Source: Synechococcus sp. (GTDB lineage Bacteria > Cyanobacteriota > Cyanobacteriia > Thermostichales > PCC-7336). Taken from it: DNA of 57,604 nucleotides. The stretch spans positions 1 to 57,604 of the forward strand of contig JBFRWD010000111.1 in the NCBI GenBank assembly GCA_051439425.1. Direction: 5' to 3'. A program made the translations under genes and the position numbers. Below, piece by piece: positions 1 through 10,401 of this stretch. Under the pieces are notes generated by a model that saw nothing but the letters and a program-made list of their open reading frames with translations, was not told the origin of the DNA and made no database searches. Each line of letters begins with the position of its first letter. The stretch's first letter is position 1.

Positions 1-192
1 ACACCGAGCCTCCTTCAAGCTGTAGCGGTCGATCGGGCCTACTCTTGCGAACAATCTTCATAGGTGCTGGGGAAACGCCGGCGCTCTGGCCAATACACAC
101 CAGTTAATAAAACATCTATCCGTTCAAGAGCTATCTGTGCCAAACCCTCGGTTGAATAACGCTGAGTTCAGGCAAATCGGGTCGCAATTTGC

Positions 193-531
193 TTAGTAGA
201 GCATAGCGGTGGGCTCGATCGGGGTGTCTTGCAGATCGTGGCTTGGACTGGCATCCGTGACATATTCGGCAGCAGGAACAACTCCCCCCGCTTTAATCGC
301 AGACACTGGCACAAACACCTCGTGCATGAGCAAAGAAGACTGTTCTTTAAAAATCAAGCCACAACGACCGTTATTACGATTAACAACCACTCCCAGCGGC
401 TGACGGCAGCGATTAGGAGGACAGGAGGCCATGTAGTCCGCATAAAAATCGCGGGCTACTGCCACCAATTGCGAAGAGGGCAAATGAGTCATATGAACCT
501 CGGGGGATCCATGGGGCAAACTCCTACACAC
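193..531 (-). CDS. Conserved cyanobacterial hypothetical protein (likely start ATG at 492)
   Basis: ORF with PLGVVVNR...GLIF...LL.HE.FVP core resembling a small conserved cyanobacterial protein; lies downstream of Yfr1 on the same strand. Confidence 0.55.
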   Translation of the reverse strand: MCRSLPHGSPEVHMTHLPSSQLVAVARDFYADYMASCPPNRCRQPLGVVVNRNNGRCGLIFKEQSSLLMHEVFVPVSAIKAGGVVPAAEYVTDASPSHDLQDTPIEPTAMLY

Positions 532-690
532 ATATCCAAATGTACTGCCGAAAACCCTAGCTGGCCCGCCAGAGCCACTGTCCCTAGCGAATATTCGAGC
601 CGCTCGGGACTGGCCTTAGTCCACTTATCCCCAACCAATCGATGTCAGGTCGAGTCAGCTTCGGCCATTGAATGGACTGTATCTAGCTCG

Positions 691-760
691 AAAAAAACCG
701 CCTGACTACACGTCAGGCGGGAAAAGGTGTGAGGAGTGAACGGAAACGTAAGTCTCCGCT
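691..760 (-). ncRNA. yfr1: Yfr1 small RNA
   Basis: Minus strand reads AGCGGAGAC-TTAC-GTTTCCGTT (hairpin), then the invariant ACTCCTCACAC motif (727-737), then terminator CCGCCTGAC-GTGTA-GTCAGGCGG-T7. Confidence 0.93.
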
Positions 761-766
761 GTTCCC

Positions 767-772
767 ATCATA
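767..772 (-). promoter_or_regulatory. -10 element of Yfr1
   Basis: TATGAT on the minus strand, 6 nt upstream of the predicted 5' end at 760. Confidence 0.7.
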
Positions 773-1202
773 GTCGGCGGTCCCAGTATTACGAAAGCAG
801 TTCTTTGTTAAGATTCAGCGCACAGATCGGTGTTTTCCCTCGCAAAACACTCTTAACATAGTCACTGTTCCCTCAAGCAAATTACTGTGGCATGACCGAG
901 CCCGTTAACCCCTCGCCATCTGTCTCTCTATAGGTGAAAAGCGATAATCTTCTGGCCCATCTTCAATTTTTCTGCCTATCAAGTGGGAGTAGCAGACGTT
1001 CTGGCACGGCCAAAATCCCACCCAAGGTCCTCTTTCAAACATCGCGGGACTCCCCGTAGGATCGCGTACATCTCATGGATTACAGCTGCCAACGCAATCG
1101 ACACAGTTCCGTAAGTCCTAAATCTGTGGGCATCTCAAACATTTGCCCCCAAAGAATTTGATAGGCTGAGCAGGATTTGGCCGATCGCATTGAGGGACAG
1201 GC

Positions 1203-1877
1203 GTGGCGTTTTTGCTCACAAACGACGATGGTATCGACGCACCAGGAATTCAAGCTCTGTGGGCTGCCATTGAGGGGGATGGCACGATTGTTGCCCCCGA
1301 TCGCCAGTGGTCGGGTTGCGGACATGCCACGACCACAGCATCAGAGATAGAAGTCACCTCCCGCAGCACCCAGCAGTTTGCCACAACGGGCACCCCAGCC
1401 GACTGCGTCCGGTTGGGCATCAAACATCTCTATCCGGAAGCTCGCATGGTGTTATCCGGGATTAATGCCGGTGGAAATTTGGGTACCGATGTTTATATGT
1501 CCGGTACCGTCGCTGCCGTTCGAGAAGCCGCCCTCCAAGGCATTCCTGGAATTGCGATTTCTCAGTACAAGCAAGCGAATTGCGACATTGATTGGGACCG
1601 ATCGACTCGGATGGCCGTTACCACGATCGCCGCTCTCCTGCAGCGTCATCTTCCCAAAGGCAGCTTTTGGAATGTCAATTTGCCCCACATTGATAGCGAT
1701 CGCACTCCAGAGCTGATCTTCTGCCCCCCCTGCAAGCAGCCGTTACCGGTGGAATTTGAAATCAAGGGCGATCGGTATCGATACAGCGGCCGGTACAGCG
1801 ATCGCCTGCGAGATACTGGAGCTGACACAGATATCTGTTTTGGCGGCAATATTGCCATTACCCAGTTGAGTATCTAG
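1203..1877 (+). CDS. surE: 5'/3'-nucleotidase SurE
   Basis: LLTNDDG, VAP...SG, GTPADCV, SGINAGGNLG, SGTVAAVREA motifs. Confidence 0.95.
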   Translation: MAFLLTNDDGIDAPGIQALWAAIEGDGTIVAPDRQWSGCGHATTTASEIEVTSRSTQQFATTGTPADCVRLGIKHLYPEARMVLSGINAGGNLGTDVYMSGTVAAVREAALQGIPGIAISQYKQANCDIDWDRSTRMAVTTIAALLQRHLPKGSFWNVNLPHIDSDRTPELIFCPPCKQPLPVEFEIKGDRYRYSGRYSDRLRDTGADTDICFGGNIAITQLSI

Positions 1878-1896
1878 TGGTTCATCACAAAAGGGA

Positions 1897-2349
1897 TTGG
1901 TTACTATGACAGAACGCCAATTCACCCAATCCATCGATATCGCTGCCCCCGTTGATGTCGTCGAACGCTGCATTGTGTCTGAAGACACGATGGCAATATG
2001 GCTTAACCCCATGCTGACGTGCAAAGCAGTTGGCACGTGGTCCACCGAGGTTGGCAGTCGCTTCAGATTTACCCTGAATCTTCCGATACTGGCCCCCCAT
2101 CTCGATTGCGTAGTTCAAGAGCGTCAATCGGGGTTGGTGGTGTGGTCGTTCCAAGGATTTTTTACCGGAACCGATCGCTGGGAATGTCGGGAGACCCATA
2201 GCGGTACACGCTTGTTCAATCAATTTACGTTCGAAATCCCCAACCCCCTTGTTGGAATTGGGTTCGACCTGGTGGCCGCGCGACTCACACAGCGCGATAT
2301 GCAAGCACAGCTTGTCCGTCTTAAATCGCTGGCGGAAGGCCGTGCCTAG
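1897..2349 (+). CDS. SRPBCC/polyketide cyclase family protein (probable start ATG 1906)
   Basis: FTQSIDIAAPVDVV N-terminus, WSFQGFFTGTDRWEC core and C-terminal helix typical of the SRPBCC fold. Confidence 0.8.
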   Translation: MVTMTERQFTQSIDIAAPVDVVERCIVSEDTMAIWLNPMLTCKAVGTWSTEVGSRFRFTLNLPILAPHLDCVVQERQSGLVVWSFQGFFTGTDRWECRETHSGTRLFNQFTFEIPNPLVGIGFDLVAARLTQRDMQAQLVRLKSLAEGRA

Positions 2350-2470
2350 CCAGAGCAGAAATCGGACAGAGCAAAAGCGTCAAGCACGCATAGCCCAGAC
2401 GATGAAAACAGCCCCAGGACAGCCTGCACGGGTGAAGAGTGAAAATATCCTCAGCTATGACGTCAAGCCA

Positions 2471-3889
2471 TTAATGTGCGGGAATGGGCTCGGTAACACT
2501 GCCGTCAAACGGACAGCCATTGGTCGATCGCTCTAACCGGGCTCCCAATTGGCGCAGTTTGCCCTCTAAATCTTCATAGCCGCGATCAAGATGTTTGAGA
2601 TTCTGAACGGCTGTAACCCCTTGACCGGCTAGACCGGCAATCACAAGAGCTGCAGCTGCTCGCAGATCGGTCGACGCCACCGGCGCTCCCGACAAGGCAG
2701 GAACACCTCGCACAATCGCTACTCCCTTACGGATGCGAATATCGGCCCCCATGCGGTTCAGTTCCGGTACATGGTTGAGACGATTCTCAAATACCGTTTC
2801 CGAAATAGCACAGTCCCCTTCGCTTAAGGCCGCCAGCACCATCATCTGCGCTTGCATATCAGTGGGGAATCCCGGATAGGGCAAAGTCTCGACATCCACA
2901 GCACGGCGGTATTGGCCGGGGGAAATTTGCAGACGATCGCTACTCACCTCTTGGATGTGCAGCCCCATCTCTTCCAACTTGGCAGTGGTAGCAGACAGGT
3001 GCTCGGGAACTACCGGCCCAATAGTAATTGTCGAACTGGTGGCTGCCGCAGCAATTAGTAAGGTACCGGCTTCGATGCGATCGGGCATGACCGTGTACTC
3101 AGTCCCGTGCAGCGGAGTGGGGCCGACAATCGTAATGGTATTGGTGCCTGCTCCACGAATAGTTGCCCCCATCGACCGCAAGAAATCCGCCAAGTCCTCC
3201 ACTTCCGGTTCTTGAGCGGCATTTTCGAGAATCGTTTCCCCTTCCGCACCCACAGCTGCCATCATCAGGGTTTCAGTCGCGCCGACGCTGGGGTAATCCA
3301 AATGGATGCGTGCTCCAACCAGCTTGCGGGCCCGAGCGTTCACCATTCCACCATCAATCTGAACGGTAGCCCCCAACTGTTGCAATCCCCGCACGTGTAA
3401 ATCGACAGGACGGGTACCAATCGCACAGCCACCTGGCAGCGGAATTTTGGCCACACCACACCGTACCAACATCGAGCCAATGGCAAAAAAGCTGGCCCGT
3501 AACTGACTGACTAATTCATATGGAGCCTGACAAGAACTGAGGCTAGAGGCGTCAATGTCGAGTACCTGGTCAGTATGGGAGACCTTAACCCCCATCGTCG
3601 TCAAAATCTCCCCCATTCGCTGGATATCTACCAGCCGAGGAACGTTGCGCAAGCGACAAGGCTCTGGAGAGAGTAAAGCCCCAGCCATCAGGGCTAAGGC
3701 AGAATTTTTGGCACCACTCACCTCAACGTGACCGGAAAGCTTCCGTCCCCCTTCAATGTACAGAATCGGTTGTGGGGTTGCCTCGGAAGACACGCTGCTC
3801 GCGGGGTTAGAAGTCAGAGAGTTACCGGAAAGAATATTGGGCGAAAGATTCGCGATATTTCGCTCGGGAGAAGGGCTAGCTTGAGTCAA
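2471..3889 (-). CDS. murA: UDP-N-acetylglucosamine 1-carboxyvinyltransferase
   Basis: [52 protein letters not shown] motifs. The start is uncertain (low-complexity N-terminus). Confidence 0.97.
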   Translation of the reverse strand: MTQASPSPERNIANLSPNILSGNSLTSNPASSVSSEATPQPILYIEGGRKLSGHVEVSGAKNSALALMAGALLSPEPCRLRNVPRLVDIQRMGEILTTMGVKVSHTDQVLDIDASSLSSCQAPYELVSQLRASFFAIGSMLVRCGVAKIPLPGGCAIGTRPVDLHVRGLQQLGATVQIDGGMVNARARKLVGARIHLDYPSVGATETLMMAAVGAEGETILENAAQEPEVEDLADFLRSMGATIRGAGTNTITIVGPTPLHGTEYTVMPDRIEAGTLLIAAAATSSTITIGPVVPEHLSATTAKLEEMGLHIQEVSSDRLQISPGQYRRAVDVETLPYPGFPTDMQAQMMVLAALSEGDCAISETVFENRLNHVPELNRMGADIRIRKGVAIVRGVPALSGAPVASTDLRAAAALVIAGLAGQGVTAVQNLKHLDRGYEDLEGKLRQLGARLERSTNGCPFDGSVTEPIPAH

Positions 3890-4287
3890 TTATTCACCAC
3901 CAATCACACACCACACACGGCCTATATTAACCATTGCCGTACCATTTCGCTTGTTCGTATTCGAGGTTTTCGTGATTTCCTAACGTTTAATTAGGACATT
4001 CTGAGTAACAACAGCCAAAAATCAGCTGCCGTATTAAGCACAGTTCTGCATACAGTAAAAACTGCAAATATACACTTCAAAGTACTAACAGATATGCAAA
4101 ATTCCGTTGTCGTGCAACGCTAGTTCGATGGAGCCATTTGAGGTGAATATTTGCCTTGCAGCACAACGTAACAACTAGGGTTAAAGTCTCTGGCTCCCTG
4201 CTCCCAGATTGAGAGCAGGGTTGGGGATAAGGGCTATCGAACTCAGGCCGTCCAACATGATGGCGACACAGATCGTCTGGCCAGGGA

Positions 4288-6093
4288 TTAAGCGAGCGGG
4301 ACATTGCAGGTGGCGTGACCTTCCGAAACCGCTATTGTCTTGAGCAGTCCGTATTCATATCCCTCTGCCAGTGCTCGGTAAGAGGCTTCTATGATATTGC
4401 TCGAAACACCGACGGTGGCCCAACGCTGCTCCCCTGTTTTGGGCAGGCTGCCGTCGATGTGACCAAATTCGATCAAAACTCGGGTACGGGCTGATGTGCC
4501 ATTACTACTGTCTAGAATCCGCACTTTATAGTCAGCCAAGTTGAATTGTTCGATCTGGGGATAGAACTCCTGTAATGCCTGCCGCAAGGCTCCATCGAGT
4601 GCGGCCACAGGGCCATTCCCTTCTGAAGCCTTGATCCGCTCTTGCCCGCCCACAGCTACTTTAACGGTGGCAACAGAACCGATCGCCGGTTCTCGCTGAT
4701 GAGTTAAGGAATGCAGAGCAGACAACCCCTCCGAGCGATGGGTCGATAGGTGAACGTGGCAATCCAGGAGCTCAAACAATTGGGGTCGCTGCCACATTTG
4801 CGATCGCACCAATAACTCAAAACTCGCTTCTGCCCCCTCAAACTGGTACCCTTCGCATTCCAACTGCTTCAGTTGTGCCAAGATAGCACGCACTACCGGA
4901 TCGCCTTTCTGAAGCTGAATGCCAAACCGCTGCACTTTGGCTAACACATTGCTGAGCCCCGCCTGCTCGGAAATAACAATCCGACGATTGTTCCCCACCT
5001 GTTCCGGCTGGATGTGCTCGTACGTCACCGGATTACTGCGCACGGCACTGACGTGGATACCCCCCTTATGAGCAAACGCCGATCGCCCCACAAACGGAGC
5101 CCGATCTATAGGGGCTTGATTGGCAATTTCGCTAATCGCCCGGGAGGTCTCGGCCAGCATAGTTAGATTGCTTGCAGGGATGCAGTGATAGTTCAACTTG
5201 AGCTGGAGATTGGGGATCAGGCTGCAGAGATTGGCATTGCCACAGCGTTCCCCGTAGCCATTCACCGTTCCCTGCACCATGCTGGCGCCTGCCTGCACAG
5301 ATGCGATCGCGTTGGCTACCGCCGTATCGGAGTCGTTGTGGGTGTGGATGCCCAATCGGGCCCCCGAAAAATGATGAAGTTCCTGCAAGACTTCGGCAGT
5401 AATGCGATGGATATCGTGGGGGAGAGTGCCGCCGTTGGTGTCGCACAGCACCAGCCATTCTGCTCCAGCCTGCGCTGCTGCTTGCAACGTTTCTAGGGCG
5501 TAGCCAGGATTCCGTCGATAGGCATCAAACCAATGTTCGGCATCATAAATCACGCGCCGCTGATGCGATCGTAAGTAGCCAATACTGTCCCGAATCATCT
5601 CTAGATTCTCAGCCAAGGTAGTCCGCAAACTATCCGTGACATGTAAATCCCAGGATTTGCCGAACAGAGTGACGTAGCGGGTGGCAGCAGCCAAGATAGG
5701 CTGGTACATTGGCTCGTCCGCAGCAGAACGACCCGGCCGGCGGGTAGAACAAAATGCCACGATTTCGGCTTGGTCTAGAGGGGTTTCTTTCAGTTGCCAG
5801 AAAAACTGGACATCTTTGGGATTGGCACCAGGCCATCCCCCCTCAATAAAGGGGACTCCTAACCGGTCGAGCTGGCGGGCAATGCGCACTTTGTCTTGAA
5901 CGGATAGGGATAGTCCATCTTGCTGGGCCCCATCCCTGAGGGTGGTGTCGTAAATGGAGATTGCGAATTTATCCACCTCATCGCCAGCAACCGTATGAAG
6001 CGCAGACTCATCACGAGCGATCCCATCAGTCGCTGCAGCGATCGGCTGAGGGACAACAGGCTGAGGAGCAACAGGCTCTGGCATCGCAGGCAA
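4288..6093 (-). CDS. cimA: Citramalate synthase (LeuA/CimA family)
   Basis: YDTTLRDGAQ, EGGWPGANPKD, LFGKSWDLHV, YDAEH, HTHND, GYGERCGNA, FAHKGGIH and a regulatory C-terminal domain (GNGPV.ALD). Confidence 0.92.
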   Translation of the reverse strand: MPAMPEPVAPQPVVPQPIAAATDGIARDESALHTVAGDEVDKFAISIYDTTLRDGAQQDGLSLSVQDKVRIARQLDRLGVPFIEGGWPGANPKDVQFFWQLKETPLDQAEIVAFCSTRRPGRSAADEPMYQPILAAATRYVTLFGKSWDLHVTDSLRTTLAENLEMIRDSIGYLRSHQRRVIYDAEHWFDAYRRNPGYALETLQAAAQAGAEWLVLCDTNGGTLPHDIHRITAEVLQELHHFSGARLGIHTHNDSDTAVANAIASVQAGASMVQGTVNGYGERCGNANLCSLIPNLQLKLNYHCIPASNLTMLAETSRAISEIANQAPIDRAPFVGRSAFAHKGGIHVSAVRSNPVTYEHIQPEQVGNNRRIVISEQAGLSNVLAKVQRFGIQLQKGDPVVRAILAQLKQLECEGYQFEGAEASFELLVRSQMWQRPQLFELLDCHVHLSTHRSEGLSALHSLTHQREPAIGSVATVKVAVGGQERIKASEGNGPVAALDGALRQALQEFYPQIEQFNLADYKVRILDSSNGTSARTRVLIEFGHIDGSLPKTGEQRWATVGVSSNIIEASYRALAEGYEYGLLKTIAVSEGHATCNVPLA

Positions 6094-6323
6094 AAACTCG
6101 TGAGTATCGACTCCGTATACGATAGGCGGCTTTACTATCGGCGTCCCAATTTAGAGAAGGGCGATCGCACAACGTTAAAGTTCCTTACATTTCCACATTT
6201 TGCAACCACTACGAGCATGTGCGGCTTTACAGACTTGCGACGACTTGACTTGATTTTGTATCAATCGAGCTCGGTATAGTTTTGGCCACTGCCATACTTC
6301 ATGCCAATCCACCCCACACACAC

Positions 6324-6356
6324 AAAACATCGCCCCCAGGAATCCCAGAGGCGATG
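6324..6356 (-). terminator. Probable intrinsic terminator of psaE
   Basis: CATCGCC...GGCGATG stem followed by a T run on the minus strand, just downstream of psaE. Confidence 0.5.
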
Positions 6357-6405
6357 AATCTTAGTCAGTAGATAATCAGATCGGAAATAGCTATCGATTC
6401 CGTAA

Positions 6406-6594
6406 CTAGCTGATGACCTCAACTTCGCTCTCGGCAAAGTTGTTGGTGTTGATACCTGCGTAGTTGACTTTCTCGAAGCGAACAATGACGGGATACTTGA
6501 TGCCAGATTTATCGATGGACGTAACCGTGCCTACGTCCTGGAACCAGTAGGACTCCTTTCGCAGGATACGCACTTTATCTTTACGTGCAACCAT
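6406..6594 (-). CDS. psaE: Photosystem I subunit IV PsaE
   Basis: [18 protein letters not shown]...[12 protein letters not shown]...TNNFA. Confidence 0.98.
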   Translation of the reverse strand: MVARKDKVRILRKESYWFQDVGTVTSIDKSGIKYPVIVRFEKVNYAGINTNNFAESEVEVIS

Positions 6595-6931
6595 AAGTCA
6601 ATTTCCTTATCCGATATGTAATGGGATGAATGGGTCAACACGACGGCCCAGCAAGCCCGTGCATTTTTTTCACAATAGAGGAATCCTCTAGTTCTGTCCC
6701 TGAAGTTTTGTAAATGCTTTCAGGACAACGGTTTCAAAAAGATTTCCTGTCCTAGTAGAACAGTTCGGAACACATTCAAGATCGAAAATTTGCACTCAAA
6801 ACGACTCCTATAGACGGGAACGGTCCAGCCGAGAGTATTGATTCGCTCGTTCCGGCAGCAGGGTATTGAGTCGTGTGCAAGCTTAAATTTCTATGCGTCG
6901 AGGGACGTCCAATAGTGCTAGTGTGGTTAAT

Positions 6932-7026
6932 GACCTGGGTCCGTGCGGCACGGACGCCCAAACCGTGTCAGAGGTGGAAGCCAGCAGCACTACGGGATGC
7001 TTCGCGCAGGCGCGATAACCCAGGTC
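6932..7026 (+). ncRNA. ffs: SRP RNA (4.5S)
   Basis: Long hairpin closed by GACCTGGGT/ACCCAGGTC, with domain IV GTCAGAGGT-GGAA-GCCAGCAGCAC and an extended -10 TGcTAGTGT just upstream. Confidence 0.9.
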
Positions 7027-7250
7027 GCCCAATTTTTATGCCAGCAGAATGTTCGACCGCATCGCTTAGCTGCATTTTGCTGAAGAGTCTGAAGTCATCG
7101 TGTCATAGTTGCTAAATGCTTGAGCTGTGTTGAAACACAGCTTCCAATCCTGTAATCCCCCCTCTCCCTGCCGGTTATCCCCTCATGGCATCCAGTTGAC
7201 CGGAGTTAAAGTTGAAGCGTTAACCATTGCTAAGACTGGAGACCGAAGTC

Positions 7251-7724
7251 ATGGCCAGTTTGGGGAAGCTCGTTCAAAAAGCATTTTATCTAGGCATGGG
7301 AGTGGCATCGGTCGCAGCCGATCGCGCCGGAACCGAGCTAGGAGAGCTGCGCCAACAAGCCCAAAAACTTGCTGACGAGCTAGTAGAACGGGGTGAAATG
7401 ACCACCCAAGATGCTCGTGACTTTGTGGACACCTTCGTCAAACAACAAATGAAGCAGGCTGAATCAGCGATCTCCAACGCCACCGTCTCCACCGATCCGT
7501 CCGATACCAATCCGGCTAGGCAAACCGACAGCAGCCAAAACCAACCCCGCAAAATTCAAATTGACGAAGCATCTACTCAAATCGTCAACACCACAGCATC
7601 CGACTCTTCAAAAACCACCAACACCGCACCCCAACCCAACCTTCCCGCAACATCCAAACAGGAAGCATTACGCCAAGAAATCGACGCCCTAAAAGCCGAA
7701 CTCGATCGCCTGCGAAATTCCTAA
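7251..7724 (+). CDS. Phasin-like / PhaF-type coiled-coil protein
   Basis: LVQKAFYLGMG.AS...ADELVERGEMT..DAR motif, low-complexity linker and C-terminal coiled coil. Confidence 0.75.
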   Translation: MASLGKLVQKAFYLGMGVASVAADRAGTELGELRQQAQKLADELVERGEMTTQDARDFVDTFVKQQMKQAESAISNATVSTDPSDTNPARQTDSSQNQPRKIQIDEASTQIVNTTASDSSKTTNTAPQPNLPATSKQEALRQEIDALKAELDRLRNS

Positions 7725-7762
7725 AGGCGTTATCTGACCACCCAAACAGAGTCATCAGTGAT

Positions 7763-7792
7763 GAAGAGGAAATCAGCCCCTCTTCTTTTTTT
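7763..7792 (+). terminator. Intrinsic terminator
   Basis: GAAGAGG...CCTCTTC stem followed by T7. Confidence 0.75.
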
Positions 7793-7816
7793 CATGAAAG
7801 GGTAGTGGCCGTTCTA

Positions 7817-7844
7817 TTACTAATGCCCAGTGACCAGTGACCAG
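7817..7844 (+). repeat. Short STRR-like heptamer run (TGACCAG)
   Basis: tgcccag-tgaccag-tgaccag; same unit as the array at 32754-32823. Confidence 0.6.
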
Positions 7845-7918
7845 CCCCCCACTCACCCTCTCTCCCCCAAGCCCAAATGCTAACCTGAGCAAGCACACAC
7901 CAGTGAGACCCCATCGCA

Positions 7919-9265
7919 GTGGACCCCATTCACGTCATCGGAGCAGGACTAGCCGGAACGGAAGCCGCTTGGCAAATTGCTCGGGCTGGGCTGGATGTCC
8001 GCCTGTATGAAATGCGCCCGGTTCGCAACACTCCCGCTCACCACACCCCTCACTTTGCTGAATTGGTTTGCAGTAACTCTTTAGGGGCCATAGCCAGCGA
8101 TCGCGCCCCAGGCTTATTAAAAGAAGAAGCTCGTCGACTGGGCTCGGTCGTCATTGATGTCGCCCAAGAACATCAGGTTCCGGCAGGGGGAGCATTAGCC
8201 GTCGATCGCGCCACATTCAGCCAGTCTTTAACCGAGCGCCTAGAACGCCACCCTCGCATTACCGTTATCCGCGAGGAAATGACCGCAATCCCAGACGGCA
8301 TCACCGTTCTGTGTACGGGCCCACTGACCAGCCCTGCATTGGCCGCACAATTGCACCAGTTCACCGGCATGGACTACCTCAGCTTCTTTGACGCGGCCAG
8401 TCCGATCGTGACGGGTGACTCTCTCAACCGGGATCTCGTCTTTCTGGCCTCCCGCTACGACAAAGGAGAAGCGGCCTACCTCAACTGTCCGATGAATCAA
8501 GAGGAATACACCCGGTTCTGGCAAGCCCTAACGGAGGCAGAACAAGCCCCACTCAAAGAGTTCGAAACAGAGGAGAAGAAGACGTTCTTTGAAGGCTGCC
8601 TGCCCATCGAAGAAATGGCTCGTCGCGGCCCCGACACCATGCGATATGGCCCACTGAAGCCAAAGGGACTGGACGATCCCCGTACCGGTCGCTGGCCCTA
8701 TGCCGTGGTTCAACTGCGCCAAGAAGATAAGGCTGGCCAGCTATGGAACATGGTGGGCTTCCAAACTAATTTGAAGTGGGGGGAACAACAGCGAGTCTTT
8801 CGCCTCATCCCAGGACTAGAATCCGCAGAATTTGTCCGCATGGGAGTGATGCATCGCAACACGTTCGTCAATTCCCCTTTTCTGCTCAATGCCACACTGC
8901 AGTTTCGCCAACGACCTAGCTTATTTGGGGCAGGGCAACTGGTTGGAACCGAAGGATACGCTTGTGCAGCGGCTGGTGGCTGGCTGGCTGGCACCAATGC
9001 AGCCCGATACGCTCGCGGCCTCACCCCAGTTGCCATGCCTACCGTCACAATGATGGGGGCCCTATTTGAATTCATTAGTAGCGCCGATCCCAAACATTTC
9101 CAGCCCATGCCTGCCAACTTTGGCATCTTGCCCCAGTTACCGGGGAAAAAAGTGAAAAACAAACGAGAGCGATATGGCTTATATCGAGACCGCGCCCTAC
9201 AAGCACTGTCAGATTGGCAGCACCAACACGCGATCGCAGAAGCAGAACTGGCTGCAGTTCCATAA
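7919..9265 (+). CDS. trmFO: Folate/FAD-dependent tRNA (m5U54) methyltransferase TrmFO
   Basis: [67 protein letters not shown]. Confidence 0.97.
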   Translation: MDPIHVIGAGLAGTEAAWQIARAGLDVRLYEMRPVRNTPAHHTPHFAELVCSNSLGAIASDRAPGLLKEEARRLGSVVIDVAQEHQVPAGGALAVDRATFSQSLTERLERHPRITVIREEMTAIPDGITVLCTGPLTSPALAAQLHQFTGMDYLSFFDAASPIVTGDSLNRDLVFLASRYDKGEAAYLNCPMNQEEYTRFWQALTEAEQAPLKEFETEEKKTFFEGCLPIEEMARRGPDTMRYGPLKPKGLDDPRTGRWPYAVVQLRQEDKAGQLWNMVGFQTNLKWGEQQRVFRLIPGLESAEFVRMGVMHRNTFVNSPFLLNATLQFRQRPSLFGAGQLVGTEGYACAAAGGWLAGTNAARYARGLTPVAMPTVTMMGALFEFISSADPKHFQPMPANFGILPQLPGKKVKNKRERYGLYRDRALQALSDWQHQHAIAEAELAAVP

Positions 9266-9413
9266 CCAATGACAGCATTGCCAACACCGCAAGCAACCTC
9301 GATAGCATTCGAGTAACCGCCCAGTCCCTATCACCCTCGCGACAAAGCTAGCTCCGGCGCAATCCACGAGGCCAATTGTTTGTAGGTTTTTCAACGGAAC
9401 ACCAGGCCAAAAC

Positions 9414-9439
9414 AAAAAAAATGGCCCCTCTTGGGGCCA
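9414..9439 (-). terminator. Intrinsic terminator of pirC
   Basis: TGGCCCC-AAGA-GGGGCCA followed by T8 on the minus strand. Confidence 0.8.
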
Positions 9440-9527
9440 ATCTGCAAAGAACGTGTAAACCAACAGCTATATAACTGTTACTCCGTCAGGTAGCAGGCAT
9501 CAGGCCATACCGGAGAACCAACACCTA

Positions 9528-9848
9528 TTAAGCGACGCGACTAGGAGACTTTCCGCTGCTGCTCTCAAACGCTGCAACTTTGGTACTACTACTCTCTTCA
9601 ATAGCAAGCGACGAACACAAGATAGTGTCTGTCAAAAATGCACTTGCCATCATGCCGGTATGGATTTCTAAGCAAGCATTGGGCACAGCTTCAAACATCA
9701 GTCGCTGACCAGGGAAAACCACCCGCTCAAAATACCAATTTTCAATATTGGCGATCCGAGCAACCTGGATGGAACTTGTTGCATTGACATAGCAGCAGGT
9801 CAGTCGCCGGTCTTCAAAATCTAGTGGTAGGGAATCAATCGGTTGCAT
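9528..9848 (-). CDS. pirC: DUF1830 protein, PirC/CfrA (PII-interacting carbon-flow regulator)
   Basis: CCYVNATSSIQVARIANIENWYFERVVFPGQRLMFEA...LEIHTG is the DUF1830 signature. The upstream NtcA promoter is consistent. Confidence 0.85.
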   Translation of the reverse strand: MQPIDSLPLDFEDRRLTCCYVNATSSIQVARIANIENWYFERVVFPGQRLMFEAVPNACLEIHTGMMASAFLTDTILCSSLAIEESSSTKVAAFESSSGKSPSRVA

Positions 9849-9892
9849 GACGAGGTTAACCAGGTGTGACGGCTGTTCTAGTAGCTGTTGCC

Positions 9893-9934
9893 AAGCTAAC
9901 ACTCCTCAGGGATCGCAATAGTATTGTGTTATAC
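9893..9934 (-). promoter_or_regulatory. NtcA-activated class II promoter
   Basis: GTA-N8-TAC at 9921-9934, exactly 22 nt from a TAGCTT (-10, TAN3T) at 9898-9893 on the minus strand, with an extended TG. Confidence 0.85.
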
Positions 9935-10401
9935 GCATCAAATGCCGTTTATCTTTCTTATCAAAAGCCTGTCAAAAAGCCATCAACAAACCCTGACAAT
10001 AAAACTAGCAATGAGCGCCACAACCAATGCTTAGCAAGCGTTTGACAGGCAGCACAGCTATTTTTCGTAGCGGGATATACCAAATGAAGAAATAGATTTA
10101 CTGCCACTTTCAGCAGTATCTCCATTAAGGTACCCACCCCAAAAAGAACAGTTACTTAAGCTCTCACTTGGCAACTGCTCGCGGGGATCGGCCCCCTGGA
10201 AAATATATCCAATCGAAAAACTGCGTCGGGGATCGCAAGAGACGGCCAGAAGCGCTGTTATCCGCTGAAAATACATTGTTTGGCGTCAGAGAAAATCAAA
10301 CACATTCCTTCATGCTTTTTTTAGGTTTGAAACAGTACGCCAAACATGTTGTTGGCATCGCCGGTCAGATCGTAAGTCAGTGATACGATCAAATCTCCGG
10401 T

